64,000 nucleotides of DNA from an uncultured Gammaproteobacteria bacterium (GTDB taxonomy: Bacteria; Patescibacteriota; Microgenomatia; Levybacterales; GWA1-39-11). The stretch is from contig CAYPEN010000003.1 of NCBI GenBank assembly GCA_964409875.1, positions 64,557-128,556 of the forward strand. The letters are read 5' to 3'. The translations under genes and the position numbers were made by a program. The notes beneath the pieces are model-generated. The model was given only the letters and a program-made list of their open reading frames with translations. It searched no databases and was not told the DNA's origin. This document shows, piece after piece, positions 30,790 to 39,748 of the stretch; the first letter of the stretch is position 1; every line of letters starts with the position of its first letter.

Positions 30790-30818
30790 ATCGTATACCC
30801 CCCAGGGGTATATGTCAA
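30790..30818 (-). promoter_or_regulatory. csoR promoter with CsoR operator between -35 and -10
   Basis: TTGACA (30818-30813)-17 bp-TACGAT (30795-30790); pseudo-palindrome TATACCCC-CCA-GGGGTATA at 30794-30812, the C/G-tract form known for CsoR operators. Confidence 0.88.
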
Positions 30819-30971
30819 GACACGAAAAGTTTAGATATGAAAAATCAGGTGGAAATTTGAGATTGTAAATTTGTGACCAGGATATCCAGAATCTCGAACC
30901 AGAACAAATGCTTCTTGATTGGTACCAGATTTACAAAAAGTTAAAGTTATTTGTAAAAATTCTGAAGAGAT

Positions 30972-31514
30972 TTAAATTGACTCTAATTTTTCTTTAGAAT
31001 CTCTTTCAAGTTTTTCTCTTTGCTTCTCTGTTAATCCCATGCTTTTTGCAAAAAAATCATTTAAGCCTTCGTATACGATTTCTAATAACTGTAGCGTCTC
31101 TAGTTCTTTTGCGGGATTATTTCTATATTCCCTAATTTTGTCTTGATATGCACTCGGATGAGAAAAAATAACTCTTAAATCATTTAATTTGTACATTTTC
31201 CCAATTAATGCAGATTCTAAGAGATCTGATTCCTGGACTGACTTAACCTTCTTCGCAAAATCAGTGCTTGCGGCTAGTTGAGTAAATCTTTGCCTAAACT
31301 CTAATCGTTCTTCATCTGAAATAGACGTGTTATTAATACTGCTCAAAAGGTGGTTTGCCAAAATTATTTCTAAAGAAACTTCAGTTCTTGCATGAACGTG
31401 AAAAATCTTATGTCTAATCTCCTTTGTTTCTTCATCAGTATAAAGTGGGTCAATATCTTCCCAATTCTGGAGTTTGTTTAGCAGTTCTTGAATTTGCTCT
31501 TCTAGAGGGACCAT
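30972..31514 (-). CDS. hypothetical all-helical protein with HEPN/MtlR-like Rx4H motif
   Basis: H...E helix, F..K, and LNDLRVIFSH; starts 33 nt downstream of tRNA-Lys(TTT). Confidence 0.6.
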   Translation of the reverse strand: MVPLEEQIQELLNKLQNWEDIDPLYTDEETKEIRHKIFHVHARTEVSLEIILANHLLSSINNTSISDEERLEFRQRFTQLAASTDFAKKVKSVQESDLLESALIGKMYKLNDLRVIFSHPSAYQDKIREYRNNPAKELETLQLLEIVYEGLNDFFAKSMGLTEKQREKLERDSKEKLESI

Positions 31515-31547
31515 CTGTGTGATTTCCTAAACTAAACGTTTAGTTTG

Positions 31548-31619
31548 TGATCCGGCAGGGACTCGAACCCTGAACCCAAAGCTTAAAAGGCTTTTGCTCT
31601 ACCATTGAGCTACCGGACC
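31548..31619 (-). tRNA. tRNA-Lys(TTT)
   Basis: Minus strand GGTCCGG/CCGGATC acceptor, AAAGC-CTTTTAA-GCTTT anticodon arm, CAGGG-TTCGAGT-CCCTG T arm. Confidence 0.96.
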
Positions 31620-31809
31620 GAACGTAGTGAGGGACGGGAGCTCAATGGCGAACGAAGTCAAGCTTGCTTGACGAAGTGTCTCATTGAGCAGCATGTACCC
31701 AAAACTCCGACCCTAATTTTACCAAATTCAACCTCATATACGCAAATGGGGCGTCAATTTGACAAAAAGTGATACTTTTACCATACTAAAGAAGAAGGGA
31801 GGTGAGATT

Positions 31810-32466
31810 ATGGATAGTGTAAATAACGTGCTTATTAACACTCTTAACGGCAGTGTTGCAACAATAATTTCCTTCATTCCCCGCTTCCTTTCAGGCTTCA
31901 TCATACTTCTCATCGGTATCATCATCTCGACTTTTTTACGTCAAATCGTCAAAGAAGGACTCAGAATGGTGAAGTTTGAGGCTTTTTTGAAAAGGTATGG
32001 GGTACCCGAATCAAAAGAAACGGCCGATTGGAGCGCGATTCTTTCAGAAATTGTCAGGTGGTTTGTCATTATCGTTTTTCTGGTCCCAACGGCTCAAGTC
32101 TGGGGATTGGGGAAATTTGTTGATGTCCTCAATGGGCTCTTACTGTATCTTCCGAATGTCTTTATAGCAGTACTCCTGCTTTTGGTGGGATTTGTTGTCT
32201 CAAAATTGGTATACGAGCTTTTAGTAGCATCGGTTAGGGGGTTATCGCGTGATAGTGCAAAAAGCATTGCAATGGTCGGTCGCTGGGCTGTTTTGGTCTT
32301 TGTGTTTCTTGTGGTTCTCAATCAACTTGGTATTGCATCAGACCTCATCCGTATACTTTTTGGAGGGCTTGTGGCAATGGTTGCATTAGCTGGAGGACTC
32401 GCATTTGGACTTGGAGGAAAAGATGCGGCACGAGATATCATTGAGAAATTGAGAAAAAAACTTTGA
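31810..32466 (+). CDS. CmpX-like / mechanosensitive-channel TM-helix repeat protein
   Basis: Repeated (F/Y)(I/L)P....hhhLL.G helices, AFGLGGKD.A; strong GGAGGTG SD before ATG 31810. Confidence 0.85.
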   Translation: MDSVNNVLINTLNGSVATIISFIPRFLSGFIILLIGIIISTFLRQIVKEGLRMVKFEAFLKRYGVPESKETADWSAILSEIVRWFVIIVFLVPTAQVWGLGKFVDVLNGLLLYLPNVFIAVLLLLVGFVVSKLVYELLVASVRGLSRDSAKSIAMVGRWAVLVFVFLVVLNQLGIASDLIRILFGGLVAMVALAGGLAFGLGGKDAARDIIEKLRKKL

Positions 32467-32516
32467 ATTTGAGTTGAGGGTAGTATTTTTAGTATAATAA
32501 GGCCTGCGAAGTAAAA

Positions 32517-32590
32517 GGCCCCATCGTCTAGTGGCCTAGGACGTCGGGCTTTCATCCCGAAAATCGCGGGTTCGACTCCCGCTGGGGTCA
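32517..32590 (+). tRNA. tRNA-Glu(TTC)
   Basis: GGCCCCA/TGGGGTC acceptor, TCGGG-CTTTCAT-CCCGA anticodon arm, TTCGACT T loop; TATAAT upstream. Confidence 0.96.
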
Positions 32591-32668
32591 CAAATTCTGT
32601 TATTTACACTAAAGAATATTATTTCCCCCAGATTCAACCCTTAAGTTTACAATACTTTATCATTTCAA

Positions 32669-32980
32669 TCAGTAATTCACAGTAGGAGTTGCTGTCGGTT
32701 GGACGGTTGTTGGTGTTGGCGTCAGCGACACCATGGGTGATACGGTTGGACTTAGCTTTGTGTTCCCTCGCGTCGGTGCAACGTTATTAACATTGCCAGG
32801 TCCGCCTCCTATCCCGGGTTGTAATCCTGACCTAGAATTGTTGTTGGTGGTATACGCATTTGCCCACCAGCCGGCAAAGAATGCTACAACAACTAAAAGG
32901 AGCGGTACGAGCCACGAAAATGCATTTGAGTCATTTCTTCGTACATCTCTCGACACTACATCGTCATCATAAACTGCCAT
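32669..32980 (-). CDS. small single-TM protein with Pro/Thr-rich tail
   Basis: SD-like GGGGTG before ATG 32980; TM helix, GIGGGP, PT repeats. Confidence 0.7.
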   Translation of the reverse strand: MAVYDDDVVSRDVRRNDSNAFSWLVPLLLVVVAFFAGWWANAYTTNNNSRSGLQPGIGGGPGNVNNVAPTRGNTKLSPTVSPMVSLTPTPTTVQPTATPTVNY

Positions 32981-33148
32981 AATTTTCACCCCCTTTGTTT
33001 TGTATACTGGCACATCAATTGCTGATTCATATTAAGAAGTAGTAAAAGGTAAGAAAGAAAGAGAGATTTGCTGAGACGCCTAATTTAGGCGGATTGAAAA
33101 TAGATGGGTATATAATGGTTAGGTAAAGCGATTAGAAGGAGAATTATC

Positions 33149-33673
33149 ATGGCTGATACAAAAAAAGAATTACTACCCATAACAATTAGAAGAAGTGTTG
33201 CGCTTTTTGTCTTACGTGTAATACTTTTGGAGTTGATTTTTGAGATAATTTATCTTACATGGAGAACTATTATCCACTATCTGCCTATTCCGCTTGAAAC
33301 CGTAGTTACTCTGAATGGGGTTTCTCTCATAATTTTTTTCATTTTGGTAACACTAATCCAGAACATACTTCTTATTGTTATCGCCTTGAATTGGGTAAGT
33401 GATTATTACGAGATACGGGAAGATGAGGTGGCACATGTGAAAGGAATAGTTTCAAAAACAAGCAGGTCTTATCCGTACCATGATATTCAGTCCATCACGA
33501 TTCACCAAGGATTTATTGGACGCATATTTAATTACGGTGAGGTTAGCCTTTATATTCCCACATTAGGGCACGATTTGCATTTCAGGGAAGTATCAAGTCC
33601 CGAGCGGTTTGTGGAACTTGTAAAAAGCATTAGTCCGCAAATTGAAAGAGGAAAATACATCTTCAGACGCTGA
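33149..33673 (+). CDS. membrane protein with bacterial PH (bPH_2) domain
   Basis: Two TMs then Y.I....V....G, IQSI...QG..GRIFNYG.V. Confidence 0.85.
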   Translation: MADTKKELLPITIRRSVALFVLRVILLELIFEIIYLTWRTIIHYLPIPLETVVTLNGVSLIIFFILVTLIQNILLIVIALNWVSDYYEIREDEVAHVKGIVSKTSRSYPYHDIQSITIHQGFIGRIFNYGEVSLYIPTLGHDLHFREVSSPERFVELVKSISPQIERGKYIFRR

Positions 33674-33680
33674 CGCATTT

Positions 33681-34019
33681 ATGATAAAGATTAAACGTAT
33701 CTATGACGATTACACAGTTGATGACGGGTATAGAGTTTTGGTGGATAGGCTCTGGCCGAGGGGTATTTCAAAGGAAAGCGCTCATATTGATTTGTGGCTG
33801 AGAGAAATTGGACCCTCAAATGAATTGAGGAAGTGGTTTGCACATGATATCCAAAAATGGAAAGAGTTTGCGGTAAAATATAAAGAAGAGTTAAAAGACA
33901 ACACGGCGCTTTTAGAACTTAAGAAAATTGCGAGCAACAATGGGGTCGTTACTTTGCTGTATGGGGCAAAGGACGAAGCGCACAATCAAGCAGTAGTACT
34001 TCTGAGTCTTTTGAAATAA
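33681..34019 (+). CDS. DUF488 / YeaO family protein
   Basis: IKRIYD.....DG.RVLVDRLWPRG, PS.ELRKWF.H, HNQAVVL. Confidence 0.93.
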   Translation: MIKIKRIYDDYTVDDGYRVLVDRLWPRGISKESAHIDLWLREIGPSNELRKWFAHDIQKWKEFAVKYKEELKDNTALLELKKIASNNGVVTLLYGAKDEAHNQAVVLLSLLK

Positions 34020-34022
34020 TGA

Positions 34023-34202
34023 TTAGACGCTTGTGTGTTGTATGGTAGTCGAGGTTTTTTGCAATGACTCCATCATGTTGCGCTTTGTTTCCTCAAGATT
34101 CTGGGTATTAGAATCTGCCGCTTCTTGTAATGTTTTGGTTGTGATATTTTTTGGGTTGCCGTGGTCTTCATCCGGCATTCCGCATCCGCAATTCATACAC
34201 AT
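34023..34202 (-). CDS. 59-aa protein with N-terminal CxxCGC metal-binding motif (not in ORF track)
   Basis: MCMNCGCGMPDEDHGNPKNITTKTLQEAA...; strong AAAGGAGGTG SD. Confidence 0.8.
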   Translation of the reverse strand: MCMNCGCGMPDEDHGNPKNITTKTLQEAADSNTQNLEETKRNMMESLQKTSTTIQHTSV

Positions 34203-34333
34203 TTTACTTCACCTCCTTTGTCTTACAAAACCATAACTATCCTACATAAAAGTTTTGTTGGTGGAACGTAATAATTGAATGAAAGCGCTAGATTTATTGA
34301 AAATAAATAATATAGGTCTATAATGTTAGTAAA

Positions 34334-36034
34334 ATGAAAGAATTTGTTACAGGACAAGTCGAAAAACAACACGAGCAAGCATTTGGTAGAGTAGTTTCGC
34401 TTCAGGAAAAGCGAGGGATAGCTCCCATTCATGATCCATTCAAAAACGAATGGCAGGCTCTTTTGCCGGAAAAGCAATATGGGGATGTAACGCTTCCTTC
34501 TGCCAATGCTGCTTTTATTGCCTCATATAAAGATGCGCTTGCAAAGGGTAAATTTGAAGAGTTTAAAGAAAACATCCCTGAGTCAGATTTTTCGGGTATT
34601 TATAGGGTGAGGGCAGTTAACCCGACAAATGAGAAAGACAAAATTGCTGCGGCAAATTATTCGCCTGAGTCAATAGATAGTCTTGAAAAACGCCTGGCTG
34701 AATTTTTGAGGAAAATTGAAGGGTCGAATATAGCACCGGAGTATAAAGCCGAGTATAGAAAGAGAATTCAAAACGGCGAGATGCAGCATTTAAAAATGGC
34801 AAGAAACCTTGGTGCTGTTGAGTACACGATAGAACAAAAAATCCCTTCCGATTGGAGTAATTTTGTAGATTTAGAAAAAACGCTACAGCAAAAGACAATA
34901 GTACTTCCGTATGAGGATTTAGCACAAAAACTTTTGGAAAAAAGCAAAAAGTCAAAAGAGCATCCCGTAAGAACAATGAAGGATGCGTTAAACTTTTGGG
35001 AATTGACTGATGCTGAAAAGCAGGAAGTTGGATATGATAATGTGACGGATGATACGAAGACTCTTTCCAATAAGCAAACGGTAGCGTTGCTTAATATTGT
35101 GCTTAAGCGTTATAAGCTATTTGACTGGAAAAGCGTTGCAGACCCCGCAGTTACTGCAATAAATGATTCGTCACGTGAAAAAGAAATGCAGGTGCCTTCA
35201 GACCGGGAATTTGACAGTGCGGATGCGATATTTATCCCCGGACATGAGACCGTCCATTCAGTATCGGTTGAAAACGGGCAGAGGCAAGAATTTGGACTTT
35301 TGTGGGAAGGAGTTTTTGATTATTTGAAAACCGAAGAGGGGAAAGCATCTGCAAATGAACTAATATTAGGTCTTTCAAACATCGACTCTCGCCAAGTTAA
35401 GCTTTATGGAAGGTATATGGCAGTTGCTATGGCACTTAAAGCAGATGTAAAAGACGGAAAGCCGCAACCGCGCTTTTCTACACAGAAGATTTACGACACA
35501 CTGAAGGATTACGGAGTGCGCGAGTTGGATGCGAAAGACATAGTGTGGAGGATAATGCGTGGCACAACCTTAAGGCACAAAGGGGTGATGATTCCAGTTG
35601 ATGATGGAAAAAGGAATATCGTAGAAATTCCTTCGGCAGAATGTTTTGTAAAGGACGCTTTATATTTTGAAGGACAAAGACAAGTCTTTGAGTGGTTGAG
35701 GGCGAGAATGCCGGTTAAAGCTGGACACAGGGCATCCGTCACAACAAAAACCGAAGACTTCTCTGATAAAACCCTTGCTCGAGTAGGGCTTAAGGCGCAT
35801 GAAATGGAAGAGGGTAAGGTAGTGAATTTAAAGTACCGCGAGGCGAAAAAACAATACCCGTCATGGGTTAAAAAAGGAAGAGAAACACTTTTAACGCTTA
35901 ATAATTTGACCGCCGCAGGCAAAATCAGGCTTGATATGTTAACGGAAAGTTCTTTTTGGGAGCAGAATCTGAAGTTTGGCAGGCAGAACGGACAAATAGA
36001 TTTACAAGATATTTTTACTCCCTCAAAAACTTAA
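34334..36034 (+). CDS. DUF1704 (MATCAP-like Tyr/Phe carboxypeptidase) metallopeptidase
   Basis: HETVH...ENG..Q, TEEGKA, R..RG, F.KD.LY.EG, GKI. Confidence 0.78.
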   Translation: MKEFVTGQVEKQHEQAFGRVVSLQEKRGIAPIHDPFKNEWQALLPEKQYGDVTLPSANAAFIASYKDALAKGKFEEFKENIPESDFSGIYRVRAVNPTNEKDKIAAANYSPESIDSLEKRLAEFLRKIEGSNIAPEYKAEYRKRIQNGEMQHLKMARNLGAVEYTIEQKIPSDWSNFVDLEKTLQQKTIVLPYEDLAQKLLEKSKKSKEHPVRTMKDALNFWELTDAEKQEVGYDNVTDDTKTLSNKQTVALLNIVLKRYKLFDWKSVADPAVTAINDSSREKEMQVPSDREFDSADAIFIPGHETVHSVSVENGQRQEFGLLWEGVFDYLKTEEGKASANELILGLSNIDSRQVKLYGRYMAVAMALKADVKDGKPQPRFSTQKIYDTLKDYGVRELDAKDIVWRIMRGTTLRHKGVMIPVDDGKRNIVEIPSAECFVKDALYFEGQRQVFEWLRARMPVKAGHRASVTTKTEDFSDKTLARVGLKAHEMEEGKVVNLKYREAKKQYPSWVKKGRETLLTLNNLTAAGKIRLDMLTESSFWEQNLKFGRQNGQIDLQDIFTPSKT

Positions 36035-36039
36035 AAAAA

Positions 36040-37017
36040 TTACATTGAATTAAGTAACTCTTTCACTTCCTGAATGGTTTGGGTAACCATCAATTTTTCC
36101 CGTAGTTCTGCGGCTCCTTCAAACCCTGAAATATAAATCTTAAAGTACCGCTTCAACGGCGGGTAGCTTTTGGTGTAACCACGTTCGGATATGGGATGAA
36201 TCTGTCTCCAGGTTTTCTCAAAAAGCGATATATGCTCCTTTAGAAGCGCAATGCGTTCTTCCTTTGTTTGGTTCGCGTAATCAACGGTTTCATCAAAAAG
36301 GTACGGATTGTGGAAAACCCCGCGTCCTATCATAATACCGTCAAGTCCGCATTTTTGTGCTAGCTTTCGCCCTTGCTCCTTTGACTCAATGTCCCCATTG
36401 CCAATAATTACCGTTTGTGGAGCAATTTCTTTTCTGAGTCTTGAGACTTTTTCCGCTTCTTCCCAGTGAGCCGGAACAAGTGACATTTCCTTTTGGGTTC
36501 TGAAATGTACGGTAAGCGCGTCTAAGTTTTGTTGCAGTAAAAATCCAATCCACTCCTCGGTTTTGGTTGTCTTAAACCCTATCCTTGTCTTTACACTAAC
36601 CGGTAATCCCTTAGCTCCTTCTTTGACAGCGCTTATTATCTCTTTTGCTTTCTGAGGGTTTTCAATGAGCGCCGAGCAGCAACCGTGGGCGACAACATTT
36701 TTCTCAGGGCAACCCATATTGATATCTATCCCGTCAAACCCCATCTCACCGGCCATTTGAGCTACTTTATAAAAGTTTTCCGGTTTGTCTCCCCAAATGT
36801 GTGCAATAATGGGGTGTTCGACTTCACTAAATATAAGTCTTTTTCCAACTTCTTCGCTCCCTTTGGAGAGAATGCCTTCAACATTTGTAAATTCCGTAAA
36901 GCAAACGTCCGGTTGTCCACACGAAATAACAATTTGCCGAAAGACGGTATCAGTTGCCCCTTCCATAGGTGCAAGGACAAAAAAAGGCTTTGGAAGCGCT
37001 TTCCACGAAAATGACAT
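36040..37017 (-). CDS. dus: tRNA-dihydrouridine synthase
   Basis: LAPMEG.TD, DINMGCP, SVKTRIG, IGNGDI, GIMIGRG; start re-called at ATG 37017. Confidence 0.95.
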   Translation of the reverse strand: MSFSWKALPKPFFVLAPMEGATDTVFRQIVISCGQPDVCFTEFTNVEGILSKGSEEVGKRLIFSEVEHPIIAHIWGDKPENFYKVAQMAGEMGFDGIDINMGCPEKNVVAHGCCSALIENPQKAKEIISAVKEGAKGLPVSVKTRIGFKTTKTEEWIGFLLQQNLDALTVHFRTQKEMSLVPAHWEEAEKVSRLRKEIAPQTVIIGNGDIESKEQGRKLAQKCGLDGIMIGRGVFHNPYLFDETVDYANQTKEERIALLKEHISLFEKTWRQIHPISERGYTKSYPPLKRYFKIYISGFEGAAELREKLMVTQTIQEVKELLNSM

Positions 37018-37165
37018 ATGAGTATTATACTTTATTAGGGGATTTTGCCTCTTGCACCGCCCCAAATCAAAGATTTGGCCGTCATTGCGAGCCATTTTAT
37101 AGCACTGATGTTTTGATTGAAAATGGCTCTTGACAACTCTTAAAAAATGGTGCTACGCTAAGTAC

Positions 37166-37345
37166 ATGAACAAAACGAATCTTGCCTTAGTCCTCGTAGT
37201 CGTGGGGGTTATTATTTACTTCTACCCACAGTTCCAACAATTTGCTTCAGAAGGAAGCCAACTCACCGGTGCGCTTTTTGCAGTGGGTGGGGTAATCCTT
37301 TGGTTCCTCCCGTCAGATAAAACCACAAGTAAGAAGAAGAAGTAG
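37166..37345 (+). CDS. small two-TM membrane protein
   Basis: TTGACA-18-TACGCT, 6 nt before the ATG; two hydrophobic segments and a Lys tail. Confidence 0.65.
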   Translation: MNKTNLALVLVVVGVIIYFYPQFQQFASEGSQLTGALFAVGGVILWFLPSDKTTSKKKK

Positions 37346-37404
37346 TCTTCATTATTTGACCTTTTGCCTCAGGTAATATATTATGAGATAAGTTGTTTCC
37401 TGTT

Positions 37405-38547
37405 ATGAAAAAACTTCTTGTCACAGTATTATTGTGCTTTTTTGCTTTCATGCCTGTTATGCGTGCAGAGGCATTTTTTGATCCTCTTGCAAGACCAAAT
37501 AATTTCCATGGTATCCACATTCTTTTCGCGTCTGAGCTTGAAGATGCAGCAAAGCTCGTGAATTCCCAAAATGGTGAATGGGGGTATGTAACTATTCCTA
37601 TACAAACTGGTGACAAAGACCTGGATAAATGGCAGAAATTTATGGATGAATGTAAAAGGCTCAAGCTCATTCCGATAGTGCGTCTTTCAACAGAAGCAGA
37701 CCCGCAGAACACGGCTGTGTGGAGAAAGCCAACCGCAACAGATATTCTTGATTTTGCAAATTTTCTCAATTCTCTTAATTGGCCAATTGAGAACCGGTAT
37801 GTAATTGTTTTTAACGAAATGAATAGGTTCGACGAATGGGGGGGAGAGGCTCCTGATCCAGCTGCATATACCGACTTTCTCTCATATGCGTCGCAAACAT
37901 TCAGAGAACAAAATCCCAATTTCTTTATCATAATGGGCGGACTTGATAATGCTGCCCCAAATGATGGCGTCAAATACACGGACAATTACGTATATCTTGA
38001 AAAGATGTATCAACGCGACCCTGAAATATTCAAGAAAATAGACGGTTTTGCATCACACTCGTACCCAAACCCCGGATTTGTTGCGCCCCCTCTTCAGAAC
38101 AAACTGGAAGGAATAACGACGTATCAATATGAGTATTTGTATATCAACTCAAAAAGCGACCACAAAGTACCTGTCTTTATAACAGAGACAGGGTGGGATA
38201 GTAAAAAATTACCTGAAAGTGTCATAGCTAAATACTATACCAGTGCATATGAAAATTTTTGGAACAAAGATAAGGATAAAATTGTGGCAATAACTCCATT
38301 TCTTTTAAGTTCGCAAGGGGGAGCATTTGATTCATTTTCTTTTGTTAAAAATGGGAAAAGGACTCAATACTATATGGCTTCGGAGAAAATGGAAAAAACG
38401 AAAGGCCAACCTCTCATACAGAAGGTGAAAGGAATTGCCATAAACAAAGTAACACAGTTAAAAAAGCTTGTTACAAGAAGGTCTACAAATACAAATGATA
38501 AACTCACCAAGGAATTGGTTGTGCAATTTGTACAGGTTTTCTTTTAA
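37405..38547 (+). CDS. secreted clan GH-A glycoside hydrolase-like protein
   Basis: Signal peptide; FNEMN acid/base, SHSYP, FITETGW nucleophile. Confidence 0.8.
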   Translation: MKKLLVTVLLCFFAFMPVMRAEAFFDPLARPNNFHGIHILFASELEDAAKLVNSQNGEWGYVTIPIQTGDKDLDKWQKFMDECKRLKLIPIVRLSTEADPQNTAVWRKPTATDILDFANFLNSLNWPIENRYVIVFNEMNRFDEWGGEAPDPAAYTDFLSYASQTFREQNPNFFIIMGGLDNAAPNDGVKYTDNYVYLEKMYQRDPEIFKKIDGFASHSYPNPGFVAPPLQNKLEGITTYQYEYLYINSKSDHKVPVFITETGWDSKKLPESVIAKYYTSAYENFWNKDKDKIVAITPFLLSSQGGAFDSFSFVKNGKRTQYYMASEKMEKTKGQPLIQKVKGIAINKVTQLKKLVTRRSTNTNDKLTKELVVQFVQVFF

Positions 38548-38578
38548 TTATTCTTGCTCTTTGCTAATATTAAACGCA

Positions 38579-39013
38579 ATGTCTTTATTCTCCAAACCAA
38601 CCCCTAAAAAACGGTCAGCAAAGAAGAAGAGTAGTGGTCTTTCATGGCAGAAAGATGAAACTATTCAAGAAGAGATGGCTCAAATTGTAGAGTCATTAGG
38701 CCTTTCGTACATCAATGAAAAAAGGGTTTTCTGCTACAGAACTTCCGGGTCAAAGGCTAGAGCATATGCCCGAATTTGGTCTTTTCCGAAAATTTTTCAG
38801 GATGTTTTGAATATCGAACCTGCGTATGTAATGGAAATTATTTCGGAAAAATTTGACAAACTCGATAAGGACAATAGGAAAAAAGTTATAATTCACGAAT
38901 TACTGCACATCCCGAAAAATTTTTCAGGAAGCCTTTTACCTCACAAATATGGTTATACAAAAATAGAGAAAGAGGTAGAGGTATTATTCAAAAAGTATAT
39001 GAACAGCAAATGA
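38579..39013 (+). CDS. putative metallopeptidase (HExxH)
   Basis: AYARIW, Y..E..SEKFD.L, IHELLHIP..FSG.L.PH. Confidence 0.8.
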   Translation: MSLFSKPTPKKRSAKKKSSGLSWQKDETIQEEMAQIVESLGLSYINEKRVFCYRTSGSKARAYARIWSFPKIFQDVLNIEPAYVMEIISEKFDKLDKDNRKKVIIHELLHIPKNFSGSLLPHKYGYTKIEKEVEVLFKKYMNSK

Positions 39014-39687
39014 AATATCTGCTTCACGGTGACGATACTGTTTCGTCGCGAAAATTCATAAGTACCCTTGTAGAAGGGTATACCGTTACAGCAATTGAAG
39101 GAAAGTCACTTTTGACCCGTGACCTTGAGACTCAGCTTGTATCAACCGGACTTTTCGGAGACAAGAAAGCACTCATTATCGAAAATCTGCTCAGCAAAAA
39201 TTCACGGAAAAAGGAATTAATATCAATTCTTGTTACCCATAACGGACCGGTTTTAGTACTCGTGTGGGAGGATAAGAAGCTGCCGAAAACGTCATCTAGT
39301 GCAATGAAAGGTTTTGAGGTAAGAGAATTTATGCTTCCTTCCGTATACTTCCAATTCTTGGATAGCTTTTCGGAAAACAATGGAAAAAAATTGTTTGAAA
39401 TGTACCAAGAACTTCTAAAAACCGTGTCTGCAGAGCAGATATTCTACTCTCTGGTAAAAAGATTGAGACTGCTTTTGATTTTGTCGGGGAACGGAACGAG
39501 TGAAGAGATTTCCAAAATGTCTCCTTGGCAAAAGCAAAAACTTTCCCAGCAGGTCCGCTTTTGGAATAATTCTACACTTTTAAAGTTTTACCAAGAATTG
39601 CAAGATGCGGAAATTAAGCTTAAGAGTGGGAGACTTCCAATGGGCCTCTCGAAGCATCTTGACACTCTTATACTTTCTCGACTATGA
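39010..39687 (+). CDS. holA: DNA polymerase III delta subunit-like (shortened)
   Basis: YLLHGDD, GLFG.K...IE, C-terminal L...E..LKSG. Confidence 0.7.
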   Translation: MKYLLHGDDTVSSRKFISTLVEGYTVTAIEGKSLLTRDLETQLVSTGLFGDKKALIIENLLSKNSRKKELISILVTHNGPVLVLVWEDKKLPKTSSSAMKGFEVREFMLPSVYFQFLDSFSENNGKKLFEMYQELLKTVSAEQIFYSLVKRLRLLLILSGNGTSEEISKMSPWQKQKLSQQVRFWNNSTLLKFYQELQDAEIKLKSGRLPMGLSKHLDTLILSRL

Positions 39688-39748
39688 TGATTTGTGTTGT
39701 CAGGAAAATGTCCAGACTTTAGAAAATAATTACTATACAGTAAGTTCC

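Noticed and set aside
25368-31547. Integrative element or prophage at tRNA-Lys(TTT)
   Set aside because: No integrase, transposase, phage structural gene or distal att duplicate was found by eye.
32322-32591. 89-aa minus-strand ORF (likewise 17147-17419)
   Set aside because: These are antisense translations of tRNA-Glu and tRNA-Gly plus neighbouring genes.
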